64,000 bases of DNA from Usitatibacter sp. GTDB lineage: Bacteria > Pseudomonadota > Gammaproteobacteria > Burkholderiales > Usitatibacteraceae. Below are positions 49,493 to 57,991 of this stretch, in pieces. A model generated the notes under the pieces. It was not told where the DNA came from and ran no database searches. It was given only the letters and a program-made list of their open reading frames with translations. The stretch is taken from positions 25,960 to 89,959 of the forward strand of contig DATIWC010000058.1 of the NCBI GenBank assembly GCA_035519515.1. Direction: 5' to 3'. The translations under genes and the position numbers were made by a program. Every line of letters starts with the position of its first letter. The first letter of the stretch is position 1.

Positions 49493-51237
49493 CGCTCAAG
49501 GAGGTCCTCGACTGGATGATCGAGGACGGGCTGGTGGACGCCGCCGCGGCGGCGAAGATCACGTCGGATTCGCGCCAGAAGGGCGGCGCGCGCCACCCGG
49601 TGGTCGCCATCTCGGAGCTGCGGCTGAAGGCCGCGAAGGCGCCCAACGCGCCGCTCACCGCCGCGTTCATCACCGAGTGGCTGGCGAGCAAGGTGCGGCT
49701 GCCCTTCTACCACATCGACCCGCTCAAGATCGACCTGAAGAACGTGACCCAGGTCATGTCGGCCGACTACGCGGCCAAGCGCGGCATCCTCCCGGTGGAA
49801 GTGAGCGGCAAGGACGTGACCATCGCGGTGGGCGAGCCCTTCGTGACGGGCTGGGAATCCGAGCTCACGCAGATGCTGCGGCTGAACATCAAGCGCGTGC
49901 TCTCCAACCCGGTGGACATCGAGCGCTACCAGGGCGAGTTCTTCAACCTCGCCAAGAGCATGAAGCGCGCCGAGGCCTCGGGGGTGCAGACTTCGGGGCT
50001 TTCGAACTTCGAGCAGCTGGTCGAGCTGGGCAAGGCCGGCCGGCAGCTCGACGCGAACGACCACCACATCGTCCACCTGGTCGACTGGCTGTGGCAGTAC
50101 GCCTTCGACCAGCGCGCGAGCGACATCCACCTGGAGCCGCGCCGCGAGGCGGGCGTGCTGCGCTTCCGCATCGACGGCGTGCTGCACGAGGTCTACCAGT
50201 TCCCGTACACGGTGCTGGTCGCGATGACCTCGCGCATCAAGATCCTCGGCCGCATGGACGTGGTGGAGAAGCGCCGGCCGCAGGACGGGCGCATCAAGAC
50301 GCGCATGCCCGACGGCGAGGAGATCGAGCTGCGCCTGTCGACGCTGCCCACCGCGCACGGCGAGAAGCTGGTGATGCGCATCTTCGATCCCGAGGTGCTC
50401 ACGCGCGACTGGAAGGACCTGGGATTCAGCGACGAGGAGTACCGCGTCTGGCAGGAGCTCATCAAGCAGCCGGGCGGCATCGTGCTCGTCACGGGGCCCA
50501 CGGGATCGGGCAAGACGACCACGCTCTACACGACGTTGAAGCAGCTCGCGCAGCCCGAGGTGAACGTCTGCACCATCGAGGACCCGATCGAGATGATCGA
50601 TCCGCGCGTGAACCAGATGCAGGTGCAGCCGGAGATCGACCTCACCTTCGCCGCCGGCGTTCGCGCGCTGATGCGCCAGGACCCGGACATCATCATGATC
50701 GGCGAGATCCGCGACCACGAGACGGTCGAAATGGCGATCCAGTCGGCGCTCACCGGGCACCTGGTGCTCTCCACGCTGCACACCAACGATGCGCCCTCGT
50801 CGATCTCCCGCCTGCTGGACCTGGGCGCGCCATCCTACCTCCTCAACTCCACGCTGCTCGGCATCATGGCGCAGCGCCTGGTGCGCACGCTCTGCCCCAA
50901 CTGCAAGCAGAAGGTGCCCTTCCAGCGCGAGGAAGAGCACCGCCTGTGGGACTCGGTGTGCGCGCCCTTCAAGGCGACGCCGCCCGAGTACGTGTACAAG
51001 CCGGTAGGCTGCCTCGACTGCCGCACCACCGGCTACCTGGGGCGCGTGGGCATCTATGAAATCCTGCAGGTCACGCGCGACGTGAAGAAGCTCATCACCG
51101 CGCAGACCGACACCGTGGCCCTCACCCAGGCCGCCTACAAGGCCGGCATGCGGCCGCTGAGGATTTCGGGCGCGGCCAAGGTGGCCGCGGGAATGACGAC
51201 CTTCGAGGAAGTGCTCAAGTCCGCTCCCTTGGCGTAA
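49450..51237 (+). CDS. GspE/PulE/PilB-family secretion ATPase (orphan)
   Basis: 595 aa. T2SSE_N-like N-domain, Walker A GPTGSGKTTT, Asp box, Walker B IIMIGEIRD, His box, tetra-Cys CPNC…CLDC. The start overlaps the preceding gene by 43 nt. Confidence 0.88.
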   Translation: MAAVTPAKATDRKLTLKEVLDWMIEDGLVDAAAAAKITSDSRQKGGARHPVVAISELRLKAAKAPNAPLTAAFITEWLASKVRLPFYHIDPLKIDLKNVTQVMSADYAAKRGILPVEVSGKDVTIAVGEPFVTGWESELTQMLRLNIKRVLSNPVDIERYQGEFFNLAKSMKRAEASGVQTSGLSNFEQLVELGKAGRQLDANDHHIVHLVDWLWQYAFDQRASDIHLEPRREAGVLRFRIDGVLHEVYQFPYTVLVAMTSRIKILGRMDVVEKRRPQDGRIKTRMPDGEEIELRLSTLPTAHGEKLVMRIFDPEVLTRDWKDLGFSDEEYRVWQELIKQPGGIVLVTGPTGSGKTTTLYTTLKQLAQPEVNVCTIEDPIEMIDPRVNQMQVQPEIDLTFAAGVRALMRQDPDIIMIGEIRDHETVEMAIQSALTGHLVLSTLHTNDAPSSISRLLDLGAPSYLLNSTLLGIMAQRLVRTLCPNCKQKVPFQREEEHRLWDSVCAPFKATPPEYVYKPVGCLDCRTTGYLGRVGIYEILQVTRDVKKLITAQTDTVALTQAAYKAGMRPLRISGAAKVAAGMTTFEEVLKSAPLA

Positions 51238-51272
51238 AGATCCTCGCCGTCCTCGCAGTCCTGGCGGTCGCG

Positions 51273-53597
51273 GTGCCGGCGCTGGGCTGGCTGTGGCTGC
51301 ACGCCTCGCTGCCCAACATCGACGGCGAGGCGGCCGTGAAGGGGCTCGCCGCCCCGGTCGAGATCGTCCGCGACAAGGAAGGCATTCCCCACATCTTCGC
51401 GAAGGACGCACGCGACGGCTGGTTCGCGATGGGCTACGTGCATGCCCAGGACCGCCTGTGGCAGATGGAATTCCAGCGGCGCATCGGCGCCGGGCGCCTG
51501 TCCGAATTCCTCGGCGAGCGGGCCTACGAGGTCGATCGCCTCATGCGAACGCTGGGCATCGCGCGCATGGCCGAGCGCATCGTCGAGCGCATGGACGCGC
51601 CGACGCGCGCCAACCTCGAGGCCTATGCCGACGGCGTGAACGCATTCCTCGACGCGCAGCCCCCGCTTCCCGTGGAGTTCCAGGTATTCCGCATCCAGCC
51701 CGAGCGCTGGAAGCCGGCCGACACGATGGCGTGGCTCCTGGTGATGGCGTGGGACCTGTCGAGCAACTGGCGCACCGAGCTCGCGCGCGTGCGCCTCGCC
51801 GCCACGCTGGGGCCGAAGCGGGCGCAGGAGTTCATGCCCCCTTATCCGGGCGATCCGGAGTGGCCGCTGCCCGACTTCGGGAAACTCTATGCCGAGATCG
51901 ACCCGCTGGCCGGCGCGCTCCTCGCGGCCACGCCCGCGCACGAGGAGGCCGTGGGTTCCAACAACTGGGTCGTGGACGGCACGAGGAGCGAGACGGGCAA
52001 GCCCCTGCTCGCCAACGATCCGCACCTGGGCCTGCAGGCGCCCTCGCTTTGGTACCTCGCGCACGTCTCCACGCCGCAGGGCAACGTCGTGGGCGGAACG
52101 CTGCCCGGCGTTCCCTTCGTCGTGCTGGGACACAACGACAAAGTCGCGTGGGCATTCACGACGACCAACGCCGACACGCAGGACCTCTTCGTGGAACGTG
52201 TGGTGCGCGCAGACCCGGAGAGCTACGAGACGCCGCACGGGCGCGCGAAGTTCGAGGTTCGCGACGAGGTGATCCGCGTGGGCAGCGAGGAGCGCCACCT
52301 GCGCGTGCGCAGCACACGGCACGGCCCGGTGATCTCGGACGTGGTGCCCTCGGCGCAGAAGGCCGCGCCCGAGGGCCACGTGCTCGCCCTCCAGTGGACC
52401 GCGCTCACCGAGGAGAACCACGTGGCGCGCGCCGGGTTCGCGATCGACGCCGCGCGCAGCGCCGACGAGCTCGTCGCCGCCGGGCGCGATTTCAGCGCGC
52501 CGGTGCAGAACGTCCTCTACGCCGACACCTCGGGACGCGTCGGCCTGATCGTGCCCGGCCTCGTGCCGGTGCGCCGCGCCGACAACGAAGCCATGGGCCG
52601 CGTGCCGGTGCCGGGCTGGGACGCCCGCTACGATTGGCAGGGGTTCGTCCCCCACGAGCAGATGCCGGCGATTCGCAACCCGGCCTCGCACGTACTCGTC
52701 ACCGCGAACCACAAGATCACGCCGCCGGGCTACAAGCCTTTCATCTCCGTCGACTGGTTCCCGCCGTACCGCGCCGAGCGCATCGAGGAGATGCTCGCCG
52801 CGCGCCCGAAGCACTCGCTCGATTCCTTCGCGCGCATCGAAGCCGACGTCCGTTCGCGGCTCGCGCGCGACATGCTGCCTTTCGCGCTCGCGGCGCGGCC
52901 CAACACGAAGGACGGCCAGGAGGCGCAGGCGCGCCTCAAGGGCTGGGACGGCGAGATGCGCGTCGATTCCGCCGCGCCGCTCGTCTTCGCCGCGTGGTAC
53001 CGCGAGCTCACGCGGCTCGTGTATGCCGACGAGATCGGCGACCTCTTCCCCGAATTCTGGGAGCACCGGCCCGCGTTCATGCTGCCCGTGCTGAAGGGCC
53101 AGCGCGGCCTCGAGCATTGGTGCGACGACGTGAAGACCGCCGTGGTGGAGACGTGCGCGATGCGTGAGGCCACCGCCTTCGACGTGGCCGCCGACGACCT
53201 GCGCCGGCGCTACGGTGCGCCGGACCGGTGGCGCTGGGGATCGGCGCACTTCGCCGCGGGCGATCATCGCCCGTTGGGTTTCGTGCCCTTCATCGGGCGG
53301 TTCTTCAACGTATCGCCCGAGACGCCCGGCGACTCGTACACCGTGGACGTCGGCCACTACATCGTCAAGGACGAGGCGCGCCCCTTCGCCAACCGCCATG
53401 CGCCGAGCCTGCGCGCGCTCTATGACCTCGCCGACCTCGAGAAGTCCCGCTTCATGCAATCCACCGGCCAGTCGGGCAACGTGGCCTCGCCGTGGTACTC
53501 GAACCTCGCCCAGCGGTGGGCGAACGCAGAGTACGTGACGATCCCCACGCGCCGCGAGGCGATCGAGGGGGCTCACACGCTGGTCATCAAACCCTGA
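51273..53597 (+). CDS. Penicillin acylase / AHL-acylase family Ntn-hydrolase (S45)
   Basis: …GYVHAQDRLWQMEF…, nucleophile GSNNWVV, …ANDPHL…. The first canonical start (GTG 51273) falls inside a hydrophobic segment that continues upstream in frame (VKILAVLAVLAVAV, from ~51234). The true start may therefore be earlier. Confidence 0.82.
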   Translation: MPALGWLWLHASLPNIDGEAAVKGLAAPVEIVRDKEGIPHIFAKDARDGWFAMGYVHAQDRLWQMEFQRRIGAGRLSEFLGERAYEVDRLMRTLGIARMAERIVERMDAPTRANLEAYADGVNAFLDAQPPLPVEFQVFRIQPERWKPADTMAWLLVMAWDLSSNWRTELARVRLAATLGPKRAQEFMPPYPGDPEWPLPDFGKLYAEIDPLAGALLAATPAHEEAVGSNNWVVDGTRSETGKPLLANDPHLGLQAPSLWYLAHVSTPQGNVVGGTLPGVPFVVLGHNDKVAWAFTTTNADTQDLFVERVVRADPESYETPHGRAKFEVRDEVIRVGSEERHLRVRSTRHGPVISDVVPSAQKAAPEGHVLALQWTALTEENHVARAGFAIDAARSADELVAAGRDFSAPVQNVLYADTSGRVGLIVPGLVPVRRADNEAMGRVPVPGWDARYDWQGFVPHEQMPAIRNPASHVLVTANHKITPPGYKPFISVDWFPPYRAERIEEMLAARPKHSLDSFARIEADVRSRLARDMLPFALAARPNTKDGQEAQARLKGWDGEMRVDSAAPLVFAAWYRELTRLVYADEIGDLFPEFWEHRPAFMLPVLKGQRGLEHWCDDVKTAVVETCAMREATAFDVAADDLRRRYGAPDRWRWGSAHFAAGDHRPLGFVPFIGRFFNVSPETPGDSYTVDVGHYIVKDEARPFANRHAPSLRALYDLADLEKSRFMQSTGQSGNVASPWYSNLAQRWANAEYVTIPTRREAIEGAHTLVIKP

Positions 53598-53649
53598 GGG
53601 TTTCGTGGAAGAATAGGCGCGACGCACGAGGCACGAGGCGCGAAAAATA

Positions 53650-55296
53650 ATGACGGGCATCCGGCGCTGGGCCTGGACGATCCTGCTCTTCGCGGTGGGC
53701 TGCGCGAGCACCGCGCCGCCGGCGCCGGTCACGGGCGGAACGCCGCAGCTGGTGGTGGTCTTCGTGGTGGACGGGCTGCCCGAGCGCCAGGTGGTCGACT
53801 ACCGCGACCAGTTCTCTCCCGACGGATTCGAGCGCTTCTTCACGCGCGGCGCGTGGTTCACCAACGCGAACTACGGGTACGCCTACACGGTCACCAGCCC
53901 GGGCCATTCGACGATCGTCACGGGCGCCTATCCGCACCGCAGCGGCATCGTGGGCAACGAGTGGATCGATCCGGCAAGCGGCGCCTCCGAGACTTCCGTG
54001 AGCGATGCCTCGGCGCCTTTCCTGGGCGAGGAGGGGGCGGGCGCGGAGACCGGGAGCCCGGCGAAGCTGCGCGTGGAATCCCTGGGCGACGTGCTGCGCC
54101 GCCAGGACGAGCGGAGCAAGGTGATCTCGATCTCGAACAAGGGCTATTCGGCGATCCTCACCGCGGGCCGGCGCGGCACCGCGTACGCATTGCGTCCGCG
54201 CACGGGCGAGTACTCCTCGACCGCGTACTACATGAAGGCGCTGCCGCCGTGGGTAGCCGAATTCAACGCGTCGAAGCCGGCCGACAAGTACTTCGGGCTC
54301 GAGTGGCGGCCGGTGCTCGACGACGCTGCCTATTCGCGATCGCTGCCCGACGAGCGCAAGTGGTATGCGAAGGGCGGCAAGCTGCCGAGGAAAGTGGGCG
54401 AGGGGCGCGAGAAGCCCGACGCGGCGTACTACACCGAGCTCCTCGGCACGCCCTTCGCGGACGACCTGGAGCTGCAGTTCGCGCGCGCCGCCATCGCGGG
54501 CGAGCGCCTGGGCCGCCGCGGCAGCCCCGACCTGCTCGTGATCTGCCTCTCGGCGCACGACCACGTCAACCACGCCTATGGCGCGGAGTCGCGCCTTTCG
54601 CACGACCACGTGCTGCAGCTCGACCGCATGCTCGCGGAGTTCTTCGGCGACCTGGACACCACCGTCGGCCGCGAGAACTACCTGGCGGTGCTCACGGCCG
54701 ACCACGGCTTCATGCCGGCCCCGGAGCACAGCCAGTCCCTGGGCCGCGACGCCGGCCGGGTCAGCGCGGCGCGGCTTTCCGCGAAGGTGAACGCCGGGCT
54801 CGCGCCGCGCTTCGGCGCGGGCACGTGGCTGGGCCCGTGGTCGGCGCACGGCGTGATCCTCAACCACGCGCTCATCAAGGCGCGCGGGGTGGATGCGGGA
54901 GCGCTCGCCGAGGAGGCCCGCAAGCTGTTGGCGGCCGAGCCGGGCGTTGCAGTCGCCTACACTCGCGAGGAGCTGGAGTCGGGCAGCGCCAAGGGCGCAC
55001 CGCTCTTCGAGGCGATGGCCAACTCGTTCGATCGCGAGCGCTCACCCGACATCGCCGTGGCGCTCAAGCCCTACTGGATGTTCGGCACGGGCAGGGGCAC
55101 GACGCACGGCTCGCCCTACGAGTACGACACCAACGTGCCGCTGCTCTTCTACGGCCCGCCGTGGATCCTCCCCGGGCGCATCGACAGGCGCGTCGAGATG
55201 TCGGGCGTGGCGCCGACGCTCGCGAGGCTCCTGCATGTTCCGGCGCCCGCCGCTTCCGAGGGGCAGGTGCTTCCGCTGGATTTCATCCACCGCTGA
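53650..55296 (+). CDS. Alkaline phosphatase superfamily protein (nucleotide pyrophosphatase/phosphodiesterase-like), lipoprotein
   Basis: Lipobox LLFAVGC. VVFVVDGL, TVTSPGHSTIVTGAYPHRSGIVGNEW (Thr nucleophile block), …LSAHDHVNHAYG…, …HGSPYEYD…. Confidence 0.8.
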   Translation: MTGIRRWAWTILLFAVGCASTAPPAPVTGGTPQLVVVFVVDGLPERQVVDYRDQFSPDGFERFFTRGAWFTNANYGYAYTVTSPGHSTIVTGAYPHRSGIVGNEWIDPASGASETSVSDASAPFLGEEGAGAETGSPAKLRVESLGDVLRRQDERSKVISISNKGYSAILTAGRRGTAYALRPRTGEYSSTAYYMKALPPWVAEFNASKPADKYFGLEWRPVLDDAAYSRSLPDERKWYAKGGKLPRKVGEGREKPDAAYYTELLGTPFADDLELQFARAAIAGERLGRRGSPDLLVICLSAHDHVNHAYGAESRLSHDHVLQLDRMLAEFFGDLDTTVGRENYLAVLTADHGFMPAPEHSQSLGRDAGRVSAARLSAKVNAGLAPRFGAGTWLGPWSAHGVILNHALIKARGVDAGALAEEARKLLAAEPGVAVAYTREELESGSAKGAPLFEAMANSFDRERSPDIAVALKPYWMFGTGRGTTHGSPYEYDTNVPLLFYGPPWILPGRIDRRVEMSGVAPTLARLLHVPAPAASEGQVLPLDFIHR

Positions 55297-55309
55297 GCCG
55301 CACGCCCGC

Positions 55310-56479
55310 TCAGGGCTGCGCGTCCTCCAGCGTGCCGAGGAATGCCACGAGGTCGTCGATTTCGGCCTCGGTGAGCCGCGGGGCCTCGCCGGGCTTGCGG
55401 TCGTAAGGCACCTCGCTCACGTTGACGTTGGCGCGATAGCCCTCGGGCAGGTCGTCGAACTTCACGCCGCCCGCATACCAGCGCTCCGGGCTCGTGTCGC
55501 GCGTCACGTAGAAGGCGACCACGTCGCGCAGGCGGGTGAAGTAGCCGTTGTGCATGAAGGCGGCCTTGCGCGTGGCGTTGCGCAGCGTCGGCACCTTGAA
55601 GGCGCCGCACGCGCCCGTATCGGCCACCGGCGCGCGCTTCGGTCCGCACAGCCCCAGGTCGAAGAAGGATGGATCGGCATTCGCCGGGATGGCGCGGTTG
55701 CGCGGCACGCCCAGGTTGTCGTACGTGAAATCGGTGAAGAGCGAATCGCGCGGCACTTTCGAATTCGGGTCCGCGGCATGGCAGGCCGCGCAATTGCCTT
55801 TCTGCGCGTCCATGAAGAGCGCGAGCCCGCGCGACTCCTGCGCCGTGAGCGTTTCGCGGCCCTGCACGTAGCGGTCGTATTTCGAGGAGAACGGCGCGAA
55901 GCGCGCCGAGCGCTCGAAGGCGCCGATGGCGGCGGTGAGGGCATCGATCGCCTTCTGCGGCGTGGCGAACACCTCGGGACCGAACTGCGCGAGCATATCG
56001 CCTGCGTACGCCGCGTTCATCACCTTGGCCGCGAGGTGTGCTTCCGACGGATTCGCCATCTCGCTCGCCGACAGCAGCGGCAGGCGCGCCTGCTCCTCCA
56101 GCGTGTCCACGCGGCCGTCGAGGAACTGGCCGCCCGTGGGCGTGGGGCCGTCGTCGCTGTCCACGATAGCGAAGGGCGGCGAGAACATCGCGTACATGGC
56201 GCTCGGCGTGTTGCGAAGGCCGAGCGTCGTGCCGTCGCTGCCCAACGGGACTCCCGTGGTGCTGCCGTGGTTACCCGAGAACGCCCGCGCGGGATCGTGG
56301 CAGCTCGCGCAGCTCGTGCCCGGCGGCTCGGACAGCGCGGTGTCGAAGAAGGCGGCCTTGCCGATGCGCTGGACCGGGTCCAGGTCGGCGTCGGGATCCG
56401 GGGAGCGCGGGGTCGTTTGTGAGCAGCCGCTCACGAAAACGAGGGCCAGGATCGTGGGCAGGAAATCCACAAGTCGCAT
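55310..56479 (-). CDS. ccp: Di-haem cytochrome c peroxidase (CCP/MauG family), lipoprotein
   Basis: Lipobox FVSGC. Two haem motifs, CASCH and CAACH. …FKVPTLRN…, …MHNGYF…. Confidence 0.88.
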   Translation of the reverse strand: MRLVDFLPTILALVFVSGCSQTTPRSPDPDADLDPVQRIGKAAFFDTALSEPPGTSCASCHDPARAFSGNHGSTTGVPLGSDGTTLGLRNTPSAMYAMFSPPFAIVDSDDGPTPTGGQFLDGRVDTLEEQARLPLLSASEMANPSEAHLAAKVMNAAYAGDMLAQFGPEVFATPQKAIDALTAAIGAFERSARFAPFSSKYDRYVQGRETLTAQESRGLALFMDAQKGNCAACHAADPNSKVPRDSLFTDFTYDNLGVPRNRAIPANADPSFFDLGLCGPKRAPVADTGACGAFKVPTLRNATRKAAFMHNGYFTRLRDVVAFYVTRDTSPERWYAGGVKFDDLPEGYRANVNVSEVPYDRKPGEAPRLTEAEIDDLVAFLGTLEDAQP

Positions 56480-56530
56480 GGAAACATTGGCTTATCTGTT
56501 TGTGCCCGATCATATTAATACGAATCGTTA

Positions 56531-57049
56531 TCATTTATCAACATCTCGCGGGGGCTCGCCCAGGAGCTCGCGCACCAGGGCCGATTCGCGCGCGTAGAAG
56601 CCTTCGGTGTGGAAAGTCTCGGCGAGCTTGAAGTGCTCGTAGTCGATGTGGTGGCAGACCTCGTGCACCAGCGTGCGCAGGAACGTGCGGAACTTGACCA
56701 CCTGCACGCGCTGGGCCGTGCGCATCCACACGGTGATGCGGGCCACGCCGCCGGTGACCTCGTCCGGGTCGTAGAGGCCCTGCAGCTCGCCGTGCGAGTC
56801 GGCGGGGCGGCGCTCCATCACGCGCACGCGCACGGGCGGCGCGGCGAGCCGCCGGTTGATGCCGTCCACGAGCGCCTGGCAGGCGCTTTCCACCGATGCG
56901 CGCTCTTCCGAAGCGAGCGCGGGCTCGATCGCCCGGGCGAGCGCGACGAGCGAGGCGACGCTGGGGACCTCGATGCGGCGGATCGCGTCGCTCGCGCGGT
57001 AGGTGCGTTTGCGGGCGGCCGAAAGCTTGTCGTAATAAGCGAAGGGCAT
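56531..57049 (-). CDS. Hypothetical small HExxH protein (putative zinc metallopeptidase-like, 172 aa)
   Basis: C-terminal part of listed ORF 56531..57949, from ATG 57049 (MPFAYYDKLS…). LVHEVCHHIDYE motif. I recognise no family. Confidence 0.55.
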   Translation of the reverse strand: MPFAYYDKLSAARKRTYRASDAIRRIEVPSVASLVALARAIEPALASEERASVESACQALVDGINRRLAAPPVRVRVMERRPADSHGELQGLYDPDEVTGGVARITVWMRTAQRVQVVKFRTFLRTLVHEVCHHIDYEHFKLAETFHTEGFYARESALVRELLGEPPRDVDK

Positions 57050-57079
57050 GCCGCCAAGGTGCCACGTTTGCGTGGGAAA

Positions 57080-57991
57080 ATGCGAGCGATGGCCCTGTAC
57101 TACAGCGACGTCTTCGTCCTCCCGCTGCCCGCCCACCACCGTTTCCCGATGGGGAAATACGCCCGGCTGCGCGAGGCGCTGCTCGCCTCCGGGACGTTCG
57201 ACGAGCGCGAGTTCCGCGTGCCCGCGGCGGCCACGGACGCGGAGATCACGCGGGTGCACTGTCCCCGTTACCTCGAGCGCGTCGCCACGGGTGCGCTGGA
57301 CGCGGCCGAGCAGCGCGCCATCGGATTCCCGTGGTCGGAACGCATGGTGCAGCGCTCGCGGCAGTCGAGCGGGGCCACGCTTGCCGCCGCGCGCGAGGCG
57401 CTCACGCGCGGCTGGTCGGCGAACCTCGCCGGCGGCACGCACCACGCCTTCCGCGACCGCGGCGAGGGCTTCTGCGTGTTCAACGACGCCGCGATCGCCG
57501 CGCGCGCCATGCAACTCGAGGCGGGGCTCGCGCGCGTGGCGATCGTCGATTGCGACGTCCACCAGGGCAACGGCACCGCGTCCATCTTCCGCGGGGACGA
57601 TTCGGTTTTCACGTTCTCGATCCATGGCGCGCGCAACTTCCCCTTCGCCAAGGAAACGAGCGACCTGGACGTCGAGCTCGCCGACGGCACCGGCGACGAC
57701 GAGTACCTGTGGCACCTCGAGCGCGGCCTGGACGAGACGCTCGAGCGCTCGCGCCCGCAGCTCGCGATCTACCTCGCGGGCGCCGATCCCTACGAGGACG
57801 ACCGCCTCGGGCGCCTCAAGCTCACGCGCCGAGGGCTCGCCCGCCGCGACGAGCACGTGCTCTCGACGCTGCATGCGCGCGGCATCCCGGTGGCGATCGC
57901 CATGGCGGGCGGCTACGCGCGCGACATCGCCGATTCGGTGGCGATCCACGCCAACACGCTCGCCATCGCGCAGCGCACCTGGGGCGAATGA
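57080..57991 (+). CDS. Histone deacetylase-family (arginase fold) deacetylase/amidohydrolase
   Basis: …GGTHHAF…GFCVFND…IVDCDVHQGNGT…GGY… (HDAC metal and catalytic motifs). Start is ATG 57080 or 57089, within listed ORF 56609..57991. Confidence 0.85.
   Translation: MRAMALYYSDVFVLPLPAHHRFPMGKYARLREALLASGTFDEREFRVPAAATDAEITRVHCPRYLERVATGALDAAEQRAIGFPWSERMVQRSRQSSGATLAAAREALTRGWSANLAGGTHHAFRDRGEGFCVFNDAAIAARAMQLEAGLARVAIVDCDVHQGNGTASIFRGDDSVFTFSIHGARNFPFAKETSDLDVELADGTGDDEYLWHLERGLDETLERSRPQLAIYLAGADPYEDDRLGRLKLTRRGLARRDEHVLSTLHARGIPVAIAMAGGYARDIADSVAIHANTLAIAQRTWGE

Noticed and set aside
49450-49560. c-di-GMP-binding MshEN-type motif at the N-terminus of the GspE-like ATPase (KLTLKEVLDWMIEDGLVDAAAAAKITSDSRQ)
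   Set aside because: It only partly fits the RLGxx(L/V)(L/V)xxG(L/V)(L/V)x4Lx3Lx2Q pattern; the RLG and several hydrophobic positions differ. It should not be asserted without a profile alignment.
56480-56545. Possible FNR site upstream of ccp (TTGTGCCCGATCAT and TTGATAAATGATAA on the minus strand)
   Set aside because: The first is only about 27 nt from the ATG. The second has one good half-site only, and its spacing to any -10-like hexamer does not fit a class II promoter. ccp genes are often FNR-regulated, but the sequence evidence here is too weak to call.
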